Source: Camelus dromedarius
Lineage: Eukaryota
NCBI RefSeq assembly: GCF_036321535.1
Contig: NC_087436.1
Location: 58,778,001 to 58,842,000, forward strand
Reading direction: 5' to 3'
DNA: 64,000 bases
Under the pieces are notes generated by a model. That model was not told the DNA's origin and searched no databases. It saw only the letters and a program-made list of their open reading frames with translations. The position numbers and the translations under genes were made by a program. This document shows positions 13,590-27,266 of this stretch, in pieces. Every line of letters begins with the position of its first letter. Positions within the stretch are counted from its first letter, which is position 1.

Positions 13590-13735
13590 TAGTTAAAGGG
13601 CATTGTAATTAGAGTCAAAAGATAGACCTGAATTTCAGTTTCACTACAGCCATGTATCAGGTAGTTGACCTCGGCCATGTACCTAATAGCTCTGAGCTTA
13701 ATTTGTTAATTTAAAACTTGGGGAGCTAAAGCACG
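13590..13735 (+). mobile_element. MIR
   Basis: agagtca...agacctgaattt...tgacctcggccatgtacctaatagctctgagctt. Confidence 0.55.
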
Positions 13736-14164
13736 TTAATCTAAAACGTGAAGTACATCACATAAAATTTTGAAATATTTTATAGTTGTGAACGATTCAT
13801 TAGTTTGTCTTTATTGAAAACAATGAGTATCATTACCTTATTAAGCAAAAATATAGAAAGCAGTATATTGTCCAATTTAAAAAAATCTTGGTTCATATTC
13901 AAGGCCGTACTTATTGATGAGGCATGTAGATTTTATTCTTGCCAATAATAGTAATTATAATAATGAAGTTATTCTATTTGTACTATAGTATTTTCTCAAA
14001 TCTATTGAGAAAATATAATAAATTGTAGTTTCCCTATTTCTATTCAGCCTATTCAGTTATCTACACATATTGCATAACTCTTAAGGTTAAAATGAATGCA
14101 TTTTTTAACTTAGAGATGGTTAGTATGAGAATCAAAAATATGCACACCTTTAATAGTTGAATAA

Positions 14165-14420
14165 TGTGATGATTTTGCACTATATTAATTTAGCAAAAAT
14201 GGAACTAATGCTTCCAAGAATTCTGTTCCCTGTGTGTTTCTGGATTAGGATTGTCCACAAGAGATATCTGTAATGTTTGGAAGGCAGAAAAGAAGCAGCA
14301 GCCATGTGTAGGCTTGGCGGGTTAGTGTTGGATTAGGTGCTGCCAACCTGGGTTGTCACTCCTTTGCTTAAAGTATTTCGGTGACTTCCCAGGCTTTTTA
14401 GATATCATACAACATCTTTT
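14165..14420 (+). mobile_element. ERVL LTR 5' fragment (LTR41-like)
   Basis: tgtgatgattttg...ggaacta...caagaattctgttccctg...ccacaagaga...tttggaaggcagaaaagaagcagcagccat; visibly homologous to the start of the copy at 53853. Confidence 0.65.
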
Positions 14421-14519
14421 GTAAAGATTACAATGCTGGATAAATGGAATCTATTACCTACATCTAAACTTTTATTTTGAATTTCTCTTTCAATCAATTG
14501 TTATACTCCGGACAACCTG

Positions 14520-14875
14520 TATTTAATTTAGCTCTTTGTGCAAACCGAGCATCTTGTCACCTTATGTTCTCCATACACACACCTGCTGATCCTGCTGCCT
14601 GGAAAACTCTTATCCTCAGTTTTTGTCGTCTCACTCCTGTAAATTCTTCAGGACTGACTCAGGGAAGACCTTCTGGCTCCCCACCCCCTAAATCAGGCTC
14701 TATTCCCTTATTACACAATATATAGTTTTCCTTTATAGTACTTAACATAATTGCAATGAAAAAAATTGGTATAAAATTTGTTTTAAATCTCTTTCCTTGT
14801 CAGAAGCCCAAATTGAACAGGAACTGTGTTCCATAGCAACATTTCCTTAATATTTGTTAAATAAACAAGTGACGA
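14520..14875 (+). mobile_element. L2 3' end, degenerate
   Basis: ctgcctggaaaactctt...ctcagggaagaccttctg...aatatttgttaaataaacaagtgacgaat. Confidence 0.6.
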
Positions 14876-15029
14876 ATTTCAAGTCTACTTTGGATACTCA
14901 TAACTGGTAAAAATAGAAATATACATAGTATTTCCCATACTGTTACATTGTGTGGAAACACTGGAAAATGCCTTAAAAAGGAAACAAAAAATTAACTGCT
15001 AAAAATACGTGTCTGTTGTCTGTCTCTCT

Positions 15030-15031
<2 letters not shown>

Positions 15032-15078
<47 letters not shown>
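15032..15078. repeat. (AC)23 microsatellite
   Basis: Directly visible. Confidence 0.95.
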
Positions 15079-15079
<1 letters not shown>

Positions 15080-16319
15080 TCTAAAGCTCTGGCACAATTA
15101 AAATACAAGAAATAATCTATATTTTTGTTTCAATAAAAAAATGAACAAGTCATAATGAGAAAAAAATTTGGAAACAAATATGCCCATATTTCCAAAGGAA
15201 AATGAACAAAACAACAGGAAAATTGTTGCCATATTGAATTTTCTAGGTCACATTTTCTGCTATTTTTGTAGTAGTGTACCTTGCATGAACTTCACAGCAT
15301 TGGTGTATTAATTAACTTCAGAAATATCCATCAAATTATGATTTAGGTAGATATAGCTCATTAAAACTAAATGAATGTAGACTTACTGTGAAGTATCAAT
15401 TATGAAAAATTTTATGAAAAATACCTATTGAGCACACAAACTTTGTTTTTAAGTACTGTCTATTTTGGAATATTTATTTCTATTTTTAAGTTCAGTAATC
15501 CAGTGGTCTTCAGTAATCTGTGTTGTGAACCTCACATCAATTTCTTATAAAAAAACATGTTGTAAGCGTTTCCATTATAATAAATTTCTACTTCATAACT
15601 CAGATTTCATCAAAGATATGAATATAAAGAAGACTGGTAATATATTTTCTGACTTCCAAGACTTTGTATCAAAATTAAGAATACTATGACATCCATATTG
15701 GAGAAACTAATAAATTGTCACTGGCAATGGAACAATGTATAATTTCCAATTGAGAGGCTAGCAGTTCATGAACTAAAAAATTAAAACTATTTTCAAAATA
15801 CTACTTTATAATAGGTAGTAACAAGATGACTTTCTCAATGAAAATGTACCAAAAAAACCCCCCTCACAATCAAATGAGATAAATTCTTATAAATAAATAC
15901 TATCTTTGTATTGCTTACATAAAAATTTTAGAGTCTATGAAAGATGCCTATAGTACAATCCACTGGATTATCCTTTCTATGATACCTCTTCTTTATTAAC
16001 TTGAATCTTTGTTAAGGCACTGATCCAGCATGATGAATTTCAATAACTGAACAACAGAGTTTGTAACTGTTAATTATGACCCACATAATGGGAAATATTG
16101 CAGGAAGGTCCTTATTTGTCTGACAGAGAAGAGAGTTTGAGGCAATATAATTGATGGGAATGTATATGTGGTGGATGGATTTGATAAGTATTTTTATTGA
16201 TCAAGAATGTTGTAATTTAGTAACTGTCTCAACAACAGTGATTCTACTATAATTTACTAATAACTGTTGTTATTCTAGAAGTGTCCTTGGTAAGTTGTGG
16301 GACCATACATAAACCTGCA

Positions 16320-16450
16320 ATTCAGTCATTCATTCAATGAATAATTTTGAGTACCCTAACATTTACACTTGTTAGATACTGTTCTAAGCCCTAGAAAGAT
16401 AATACTGAACAAGAGCAAAAATTACCTTTCACAAAATGCTTCCAGTATAA
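16320..16450 (-). mobile_element. L2 3' end
   Basis: ttcagtcattcattcaatgaata...gatactgttctaagccctagaaagat...tgaacaaga. Confidence 0.6.
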
Positions 16451-17364
16451 TAACATACAGACAGAAAAGTTAAAGAATATTAGAATAACAGTGAGAGAAC
16501 TAAATATAGATGAAAGGAAATATAATCTTTTTTGAGGATGGTTCTAAAGTTTGCCTACAGAATAAATTATATATAGCCATGTATATTAAAATTCTATCTT
16601 GGATGGACCATATCGTATACATTGTCTATCCTTGATACTCCCTTAAATGTGGAAATATAGAAAGTACTTAATACAATTTGTTAACTTGAATTTAAATGCT
16701 TATAGTTCTTGGGTAAATGTTAAAAATCTGCAAAGTGCTTACAGAATTACTTCTGTAGCTAAGTATTGCATCAGTACATTAGCTATATGGACCTAAAGCC
16801 ATAGATAGATAATGTAGTATCAGTATCATCTTTCTCTTCTAAAAGAGGGTAAAGAGTGGCCAAAAGACTAAATATGGCTGGAGTTAGGTTGTGGAGAATT
16901 TCAGTATGAAAGACTCACCCAAGGCAAGGGAGATACTGAGCTGAGAGAATAGGGCTGATCCAGAAATAATAATGAGAAGATCAGATAGAAAACAGTGCAG
17001 TATCTAGCAGGGGCCTGAGGATTATTGGAGCAAGATTTAAAAACTAGGAGGATCTAGTGAAAAATATATCAGGATCAATATTTGAAGTCCAGTGGTTCTA
17101 AATTTTGGGTATTAGCTAGCTTTGCAGTGTACTTTTATGAGTCCATAAAGAAGTTAAAGGGTCCATTAGAGGGAAGGCAGTGCTCAACAGATAGGCATAC
17201 TAAAATTGACCCGTATGTGATATTCATGGTTTTATAATATTAATAGTGATTTCTGAAACATTAGGAAAGGAGTTATTTTGGATGTTGCTTTCTCTAGATG
17301 TTTAGGGCTTGACTTCTGTGTGATGGAGTTCTAAATATATTTCTTTAAATACCTTGTATATTGA

Positions 17365-17480
17365 AGTGTGAAATAGTGGATAGTACATGGTCTTTAGCAT
17401 CTACAGACTTGGGTTTTGAGTCCTTGGTTAGCTCTAGGATCTTTGGCAACTCTAACTTTAGTTTTCTTACTCATTTAAAG
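17365..17480 (+). mobile_element. MIR, degenerate
   Basis: atagtggatagtacatggtcttta...cagacttgggtttt...ctttggcaac...tttagttttcttactc. Confidence 0.5.
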
Positions 17481-18774
17481 TACTATGCCTAAAATTATTA
17501 TTGCTTTTGTAATGTTACTGGATTTAAGTATTCCCACAGTACCTTATGTAAAGCTACTGGATATGGTGTTATGTTTAAATCAGTTGAAGAAACATTTATG
17601 GAGAACTTGCTATATTGTAGGACATATTTTAGGCACTAGAAGAGCTCAATAAATACACAGTGAGCTACTCTTTTTTTATATTAATTTTACAGTCTGTCCT
17701 CCTGGATAATATTCATTATAAGTTTACCATACGTTTTGAACCTTGAAGAATTCACATACATCCAGTTTACCATCCATATTCCTCGTCCTCTTAGGACGCA
17801 GAAACTTATCAAAGAATTATAAATATTCACGGGGTATATTTCAAAAAGATATGTAGGATTTTAGGATTTACATTCCTTTAAACATTTGTACATCTAGATA
17901 AAACACAGGAAAGTACATGAACAAATGATGTGAAACAGAATAGTTTAATATAGTAAGAACATTACCTGATCAGAGCAGAAAATATTATTTTAATTATTTG
18001 TTAAATAAATTTTCAATTAAGAAAACATATGTGCTACATTAATTATTGAAACATGCATTTCAGTTTTTTTTTATAATTTTTTGTGTACAATTCCAAAGAT
18101 TACTTTGTAGTCTTGGAGTTTTGATTAATTTAGTTATTAATGACAGCTTTCAGCATCTTTTTGCAAAGTCTTTATCTCTCAGACATTTGACTTTTGCTCT
18201 TTTAAGGTGCCATCTGGCATTTAATTAGACTGCCAATGACCATTATTCCATATTTTTGAAAAAAAATTATTAAATTGATGTTAATTATAGAAAATAAGTC
18301 AATTTCAAAATGTAACTCCCATTTGGTGTCTTGTTTGCTAGAAATATTTTTTCTTCTGCTTTATGTTTTTTCACCAGTTTTATCCAAATGACTCTGAAAT
18401 ATTTCATTAGGAAATGTTGATATCTTAAATGCAGTACAATATAAATAATTAGAACTGCTAGATTTGGGTAGTTCAGATATCCTTGGAATCCAATTCTGTC
18501 ACATTATAGAATTATGTTAAATCCAAGAAAGTGAAAAAGGTTCAGTCAACATATTTAGATTCAGAAATATTTTGATCCTATGTACACTATGCCATGTCTT
18601 TGTGTTGATAAACACAGCAAAATTGACAAGTTAAACTTTTTTTTACCATAACATATGGATACTTTATTTGAAATGGAAGAAGAGTGAAAGGGTAAAACAC
18701 AGTACCAGAATTTAAGAAACCTAAATTGTGGTCCTACCTTTGCCACAAAAATGTTTTATATGATTCTAATTTGT

Positions 18775-18860
18775 CAAGTGTGAAGCCCAGGAATCTTCAT
18801 TTTTGACAAACACTTAGGTGATACTGAAGTAGATGTTCTATGAACCACATTTTGGATGAT
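18775..18860. mobile_element. MER5-like hAT MITE fragment
   Basis: gcccaggaatcttcatttttgacaaacac...aggtgatactga...gaaccacattttg. Confidence 0.6.
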
Positions 18861-21009
18861 ATCGAATTAGATGGGAGGCTATTTCCAAGTTCCAAGTCCA
18901 GTGAATTAACAGTTTTCTGTGACTAGTATGTGGAATTGTATGTATAACAAACATGGAGATGAAAATCATGGAAATGATTTTATCACTTCCAGGAGGAAAA
19001 TTCTGCTAGCTATTTCCCTGGTTAATTCTACCTAAAATAGGAAAAGGAGAATTGAATCATATGCATAATTCAATAAAAATCAAGCCCTGAAATACAATCC
19101 TCAAAGAACAGAGCTAAATCTTTTATATTTCAGTAATCCTAACTTCCAACAGCCTTTCAGAAGAATCATACTTAGTGAATGAAAGATGAGTGAATAAAAT
19201 ATTAAAAAATTATCAAGCTACATCAGGTAAAATTATAATTCATATACTTTGAAAACTTCTCCCCTTTACTTTTTATGAATGTATAAAAATCAAACAATTA
19301 AATTAAAATATGTTAAATATTTGCACTCATTATTATAAATAGATAGGAATATGTCTGGTTAAATTTTTCTGTGTGTCAAAATTTCAGATTTAGAGAGGGA
19401 CTTAGAAATCACTTTTTCAAAACACATTTAGAAAGAACCTTACATTCACTTGCATGATGATAAGTTAAGATATAAAACCCAAGAAAACATAAGCTTTTCC
19501 TTTAAGAAGTTTACAATCTAGAATTAACCCCATAGGCTATATTAAATCGCCTGAGGCAGGTGGTGAGAAATTAATCTGAAATTTAAGAAATTCCACCAAA
19601 TTTTCTATGTGTCCTCTCTGTATTTATAGCACATGTAAAGGATAGATTACCATAACTCTTAACTAGTCTAGAACTGTGTATCTATAACAAAAATCTCGAT
19701 AGCTCTTAGATTTAGTTTAGAAGTAAGAGTCCCAGAGTACACAAATCAAATTATTGTCTGTTAAACGTAGATGCTGAGGGAGTGTTGGTTTGTCGGAGAT
19801 ACACTCTGGCATACTCATTTGGATTTTATGGTTACCTAAACCTTAAGGTCCATGAAAGCTTGTATGTATGGTTCCTAGACTTTCCCACAGCTGTTGTTAA
19901 ACACACAGTTGATAAGTAGATGATTTAACAACTGTGTACACTTCATACACAAACACACACACATAATCAGTTCATCAGTATAGTGTCTGAGTCAGAGTTA
20001 ACTATAATAATATTTATTCATTATTATTTGCTTAGTTACTATAAAAAGTCATGTTATTCCAGGGAACACCTGAATTAATAGTAAATGAGATTATAGGGAA
20101 GATTTTTGTTTACTTACCTAGCTGCTATAGTTAAATACATATTTTCTATAGTTGTTTACTAATGAAAATTGAGGGTATAAAACTCTATGAAACTCAAGAA
20201 ATAAAAATGATAGTGCTATTTCTATTGCATTAACATAATCCTTGAGATTAAAAGTCATTTTTAGGTAGAGACACAATCTAAAATTATTCTTAAATAATAA
20301 TAATCAAAAGGAAGGAACAAAATATTCTGTCTTTGAAGGATTATTGTTTGGATTATTTTAGGCTACTCATTTTAAGTTATAGACTGCAAAATTATATACC
20401 TGTCTGTTCTGCTTTATTTTCTTGTGAATCTTATTTTTTTCTCCTCCATATATGTAAATAAGCAGGTTTTGAGCAGCATGAATGATCTTTCCTCAGTGAA
20501 CTAGTAAGAAAGATCAGTAGTGGACATGCTAACACTACTAAGTAATTTGATACTTAATATGTTGTGGCATCTATGAGATGCCTTCCCCCTCATGAAGCTG
20601 TGGGGAACCAAGTTTAGACTCTTGAAAATGAAGTTGACATGCAGTTTACATAAGAATAAATTTTAAACTTAGATAAATTTTAAAAATAAAAGGAAGGTAG
20701 GAAATTTATAGCATTTCAAATTGTCCAACTCCATCACGCAAAGACTTTTTGTTTAGTCTTTACTGAAATCTATTAAATAAAAACAGAATTATGATATTTG
20801 ACCTCTTGTCATTTTATTTTCCTGCACTTACATGATTAAATCACCATATGTTTACTGTTGTGTATACGTGGGGTAAAAGGCCAAAAAATACTGGATTTCT
20901 TTTTACTTGCTACTTTTCATTTTACAGATTTGTTCTCACTGGCAGAAAGGTGCTTGTGCATCATTAATAATGATACGCTGTAAACAAGTATGTCCAGAAA
21001 CACAGATGA

Positions 21010-21195
21010 TTATTTCACATGAAAAAGTGTTCAATTTGTTAGTCATTAAGGAAACACAAATAAAACCCATAACGTTTTCACCATTCACTCATCAGAATGG
21101 CTAAAATTCTAAAAACTGACAACACCAAATGTTGACAAGAATGTAGAATAACTGGAATTTGCATACATTTTTGCTAGAAAGCTAAATGGTATAAT
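21010..21195 (+). mobile_element. L1 ORF2 C-terminal fragment
   Basis: atgaaaaagtgttcaatttgttagtcattaaggaaacacaaataaaacc...cagaatggctaaaatt...accaaatgttgacaagaatgtaga corresponds to MKKCS.SLVIREMQIKT...RMAKI...KCW. Confidence 0.8.
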
Positions 21196-21197
21196 AC

Positions 21198-22950
21198 TTG
21201 CTATTGTATTTTATTTTACAATTAGCTGTTCTGGTAATTTTGTGATGGTATCATATTGAAGTTTTAATTTACATTTATCTGATACCTCAAATTTGAAGCA
21301 TGTTTTTTTAGTTTTTAAAGGCTTTTAACTTTTTGATTTCCTCTTTTATGCTTGTTCTGTTTACTGTGTTTTTTTTCCCTATTAGATTCTCTCTCTCATC
21401 TCTCTTTGTCAGAGTTTATTTATTTTGAACAAAATTCTTTTTCAGATATATGTACTGTAAATACCTTCTTCTGGTTTGTGGCTTGTAATTTTATTCTCTA
21501 CATTAAATGTATTGTTTTTAAATACATTGCAGTTCAATATATCAGTATTTTTTCTTTACAGTTTATACCTTTGTGTCCTATATAAGAAATAATTGGCTTA
21601 CATTGTTAAGGAAAAGAAGGTATTTTTCTATGCTACCAGCTAAAAACTTCTGATTTTATTTTTCAGTTTTAGATCTATAATCCAGTATATCCAGTTGGCA
21701 TTGGCATTTGTATATGATATATAAGGGGCCAAGACACATTACTTTTCGTGTATGCTATCCCATTTATCCAGTACCATTCTTTGTAATGACCATCCTTTAC
21801 CCACTGTTCTGTCATGAATCATTTATCATAAATCAAGCTCACATTTATGTTCTGGACACTTCATTCTGATCCAACGATCCATTTGATTTTCTTGATGCCA
21901 CGACCCACAATATTTTACATATTATTGTAGTAAAGCATAGTACAAGTTCTCATAATAGTAAAAGTTCTTCAACTTTGTTTTCTTCAGGACTGTCTTGGTG
22001 ATTCTTGGCCCTTTGTAATTTAATATAAATTTTAGAATAGTAATTTCAATGTCAAAAACTTCTGAGTTTTTATTGTGGTTGCATTGAATATACAGATAAT
22101 TTGAGGGAAACAACTTGTTCCCAATATTTAGTTTTACCCCTCCACAAATATATTTAGTCTCAGTATTTAAAAATGTTATATATCTTTTGTTAAATTTATT
22201 TCTAGGTATTTAAAGATTTTTGTTCTTCTTTTAGCCAGTATCTTTTGAGAATTTTATGTTAAAGTTTATTCTGCTTTCATAGAAAGAGTTGGAAAGTGTT
22301 AACTTTTTTCTAGAAACAATTGGTATATGTGTGATTGGTGTATCACTTTCTTAACTGTTTGCAAAGATTCCTCAATGAAGCCATTCAGACTTGTAATTCT
22401 ATTTCTGGGAAGACTTTTTTTTCTCTTTTTTGAAAAATAAGGGTTTAGTTTCCTTAATAAATGTTATGGTATTCAGAATTAGTGCTGCTTTCCATTTTTT
22501 TCTATTTTAATTCTAATTAAATTTTTGATACAATTTAAAATATATTGAAGTATTTTTAATATTAGTGGGACTTATAGAGCCAACCCCTTCTCATTACTGT
22601 TGCTGGTAATTTTTAGTTTTTTTCCTCTCTCTATCTCTTTCTACCTCCTTCCTGCCAATCTCCCTCTGTCTCTTCTCCTTCACTACCTTCTTCTACTTTG
22701 CTTCTTCCTCCTTCTCTCCTCCCTTCACCACCTCCTCCTTTTTCTCTTCTTAGCTATAAGACCTTTTAGAGACTTGTTGATTTTTCAAAGAACCAATTTT
22801 TCTATTGTAGATTTTTCCACATTGTAAATTTCTTTTCTATTTCAGTGATTATTGTTCCTAACTTTGTTTAATCTTTTCATTTACTTTCTTTTAATTTTTG
22901 TTGATTTTAATACATTTTGATTGATGCCAACCATTGCATGTTAAAAAAAA
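21198..22950 (-). mobile_element. Old L1 ORF2 fragments, with an internal CT-rich tract
   Basis: Antisense ORF2 motifs (ttttagatctataatcca, ttcttcaggactgtcttggtgattcttggccctttg, ttgcattgaatatacagataatttg, tttttcaaagaaccaatttt). Confidence 0.75.
22620..22752. repeat. CT-rich low-complexity tract
   Basis: Directly visible, almost purely pyrimidine. Confidence 0.85.
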
Positions 22951-23271
22951 TTCTTGAAATAATTTGAGGCTATGAATGATGTTACCTTTCTAATGAGAAT
23001 TTACTTTAGGCTAGGGAAAGATAATTTCAGTACAAGCTAAGATTGAATTGATAGTATAGAGGTGTCCAGGTTATTTTGCCAATTTCTATCTTCCCTTAAT
23101 ATTTATATCATTAGTCAGCAATCCCAACTGAAAATCTAAAGTGTTTACCATGGGGCCTTGATGGGATTTGATGTCCAGTTTTTATGCCCTTAGCTCTGTG
23201 AGACTGCTGGAAGTTTGCTAGGCTTCTCAACTTGCAGCCTGCTGCTTGCAAATTGGCAAATGCCTTACATA

Positions 23272-25252
23272 TAGAGGAAGACAAGAATTACATCTGATTT
23301 ATCCTCAGAAACCATGAAAGCAGGAAAAATAGAGTGAAATATTAGTGTTGAGAAAAAGAATCCTCCAACCTAGAATTCTGTGCCCTTTGAAATTAACCTT
23401 CAAAAGTGAATAAAACCCCCAAAACTTTCAGACAAGCAAAAACTGAGAGAATTTGTTGCCAATAGTTCTGCCTGGCAAGAAATTTCAAAGCTTTTTGGAG
23501 AGAAGGAAATAAAATAGGCCAGAAACTTCAATCTACATAAAGAAAGGAAGTACATCAATGAAGGAATAAATGCAGATAAAATGAAAATATTTTATTTATA
23601 GTTTTAAAATTTCATTTTTAATTGGGCTAACAGAGAATATCTAACCATACTGAGGGAGAAGAAGAAAGCTGGAGGATTAACATTACCTGACATCAAGAAT
23701 TACTACAAAGCTGTGGTAAACAGGACTGTGTGTACTGGTGAAAAAATAGACAAGTCAGTCCCTGGAATAGAACACAGTGCCCAGAAGCAGAAGCCCATAA
23801 ATATAGTCAATTGATCTTTGACGAAGAAGGAAAGGCAATGCATGGAGAAAAGATAGTCTTTTTAATAAATAGTACTGGAACAACTGGACATCCACATGCA
23901 AAAAATGAATGTAGGCACAGACTTTACACTCTTCACAAAAATTAACCCCCAAAAAAAATACTCGTAAAATGCAAAACTACAATACTCCTGGAAGTTAAAA
24001 TATTAGAAACCTAGGTGACCTGTGTTTTGGTGATGAGTTTTTAGATATGAAAACAAAGGCACAATCCACAAAGGAAGTATTTGATAAGTCAGACTACATT
24101 AAAGTGAAAACTTTTGCTCTGTGAAAGACAGTGTCAAGAGAATTAGAAGACAAGCCACAGACTGAAATAAAATATTTGCAAAAGATATATCTGATAAAGA
24201 ACTATTATCCAATGTGTGTGAAGAACCCCTAGAAGAATTCAGCAATAAGAACACAAATAACTTGATTAAAAAGTGGGCCAAAAACCTTAACAGACATCTC
24301 ATCAAAAAGATACTAGATGGCAAATAAACATATGAAAAGATGTTCCATATTGTATGCCACCAGGGAAATGCGTATTAAAATATGAGTGAGATACTATTAC
24401 ATACATATTTGAGTGGCCAAATTCCAGAAAACTGACATCAAATGCTGGTAAAGATGTAGACAGTAGGAACCCTCATTCATTGCTGATGTGAAAGCAAAAT
24501 TGTCCAGCCACTTTGGAAGACAGTTTGGTGGCTTCTTACAAAGACTAAACATACTTTTATCATATTATCTTCGGTATTTACTTAAAAGAATTGAAAACTT
24601 GTCTACACAAAAACCCGCATATGAATGTTTGTAGCAGCTTTGTTCATAATCGCCAAAATTGGAAATAATCATGATGTCTTTGAATAGCTTTAATGGATAA
24701 ATAAACTTTGGCATGGCTAGACAGTGAAATGTTACTCAGGGCTAAAAAGAAATGAGCTATCAAGCCATGAAAATACATGAAGGAAACTTAAATGCATTTT
24801 AGAAAGTAAAAGAAGTCAATCTGAAAATGCCGAATACTTTACAATCCCAACTTTATGACATTCTGGAAAAGGCAAAACTATAGAGACAGTAAAAAGATCA
24901 GCGATTGCTAGGGATTAGGGGTGAAGGAGGTATGAATAGACAGAACACAGAGATTTTTAAGTCAGTGAATATACTCTGAATGATAGTGTAATGGTGAATA
25001 TATGCCATACCACAGTTGTCCAAGTCCATAGAATGTACAACACCAATAGTGAACACTAATGTCAACTATGGATCTTGGGTGACTACGATGTGTCAGTGTG
25101 GGTTCATCCATGGTGAAAAATGCACCGGTCTGGTGGCAGATGTTGATAATGGGGAGACTATATATATGTGTGGGCAGGGGTACATAGGAAATCTCTTACC
25201 TTCCTCTCAATTTTGCTGCCAATAAAACTGCTCTAAAAAAATCTTTAAAAAG
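23272..25252 (+). mobile_element. L1MC1-like element: ORF1 end fused to ORF2 3' part, then 3'UTR and A-rich tail
   Basis: ORF1 end at about 23280-23500 (catctgatttatcctcagaaaccatg...caacctagaattctgtg...caaaagtgaa). ORF2 from about 23634 (gctggaggattaacattacctgac). L1MC1-type 3'UTR (catagaatgtacaacacca...aatgtcaactatggat...gatgtgtcagtgtgggttcatc...aaaactgctctaaaaaa). Confidence 0.88.
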
Positions 25253-26101
25253 TATGCACTAGTGTAATAGCTTGCAACATTGCAACTTTAGAAGCTGAAA
25301 TTTTCAAAGGCAATATATATTTTTAACAATTCTAATAAATGCAGTTCATTTTAAGATGCTTTAATTTACCCATTTTACAATGTAGCAACTCTAGGAGTTT
25401 GGAATATGAGAATAGTTTGGATAAACCATTAATATGTTCATCTATTTCTTATAAATAGTCTTGTGCACACTCACTAGTTAAGAAAACTGGATTTACATCT
25501 TGTTATGATACTTATTTCTTTTAAAAAGTGTAGGTGTTCAGAAAGTTGATGTATTACTTTTTTCCCCTTCTCTCTCCTTAACTTACATTCACAAATTTTC
25601 TTAGAAAAAAATCCATTAAAAGATGATCAATTGAACATAGAGTTAAACACTACTCCTACAGTCTTCTGCTTTATTCATCAAATTCTAAGCTGAAAGGGGA
25701 AAAAATGCCACATCTGATGTTCTTAACCACTTTTAGCTAGAATAGGAATTCTGAGAAGTAATCTTTCCCTTTTCAGTCTGAGACAGGAGAACTGAAGGAG
25801 GACTGCAGAGAGTGAAACTGTATGATTTTATATGGAGTTTTTTATAAAAGATAAATTGACGATCTCAATTGATGCAGCTATTGAAATATTAAGAAAGATT
25901 TGCCGTTTTCTTAGTAGTTTAAATTTCTAAGAGATTTGAATCTATAATTTAGTTCACTAAAATGGGGAGCTATAATTTATTGTCATTTTAATGATGAAGA
26001 ATCTAGTTGTTGTTTTGTCCAATATACGTAAAGATTAGAACTTAATATTACTGACATGATCTGATCCTATCCTAAAATAATCATACACTGTGTATGGTGC
26101 A

Positions 26102-26105
<4 letters not shown>

Positions 26106-26167
<62 letters not shown>
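26106..26167. repeat. (CA)31 microsatellite
   Basis: Directly visible. Confidence 0.95.
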
Positions 26168-26170
<3 letters not shown>

Positions 26171-27266
26171 TTTTAACAGTACGTAGAATATTGCACAGAG
26201 ATCCCCTAAGAGCTTTAAACTGACAGAAAGCAGTTCTTTATCTTATTTTCTGTACTCAAACTGCAGTTTTTGTTTACCAAGGGAAATCCAATCAGTTCTT
26301 TTGGAGTTTATGGGAGTTTGAATTCTATCATCCTATAAGGTGTTTCAAGTGGTTTTATTGCAGCCTTATCATTTCAAGTTTACCGTACAATTCAAACAGC
26401 TCAGACCTTAGAAACAAAGGAGCAAACGTGATTGCCCACACCGCAGTTTAAACAGAAACTAGGGTTTGCGCTGCTCTTTGCCACAATACTTCTCAACTGT
26501 CTCAAACACCACTAGCCGAGTCTAACTCTGAGCAGGAAATTATCTAAAGCTTGAGTTAAAATTCTTTGTTTTAATGAAAATTAATCCATATTTTGCAAAT
26601 ATAAGTAAATTGTAAGAATTACTGAATTAGAAAATTTTCATTTTATAAGTTATTAATAAGGAAGGAAATAGTAAAAGTCATACCAGTCCTGTAAATTAGA
26701 GGTTGGTGCTCTGTAAGGGGGTTTATCAGGTTTCTTTCTACAGGGCCGTGGGCTATGACAGCTAAAGATGATGTTCTAAGTGAGCATAGTAAGCAGTGGT
26801 GATTTTGTCATTGGGCAATCACCGCCAGCATTTGAAGCTGTTTGGGAGGTGGTAATGCAGGCCTTTAGAGATGTGTATCCAAGCGTGCTCCTGTTATTTT
26901 ACACTCTCTATTGATTGCCCACATGGCCTGAATTGAAATGCAGTGGGAGAACAAACACAGGCATATTTGCCTGGCTGCCTGAATGATTCAGATTAGGTTC
27001 TTCATCAGGAATGCTGTGGCAGGTGGGAGCCCTAGGTCAATATCCTTAAATTCAAGTACAAGGACTTCTTCCAAGTGGGAGGGGCCTCAAGGGAAAAGGA
27101 AAGGGATAACATTTTTAGAGAAACCTCCAATGTATTAGTTTTTGTATAGGGATTAGGGCCTGAAAATGAGAAGGAGCTTAAAACACAATTGATCCATAAC
27201 AAAAGCTATTCCCTTAACAACTTTTTAGACATTTGCTTCTCTCCCCCCCCTTCTCTCTCTAACTCT

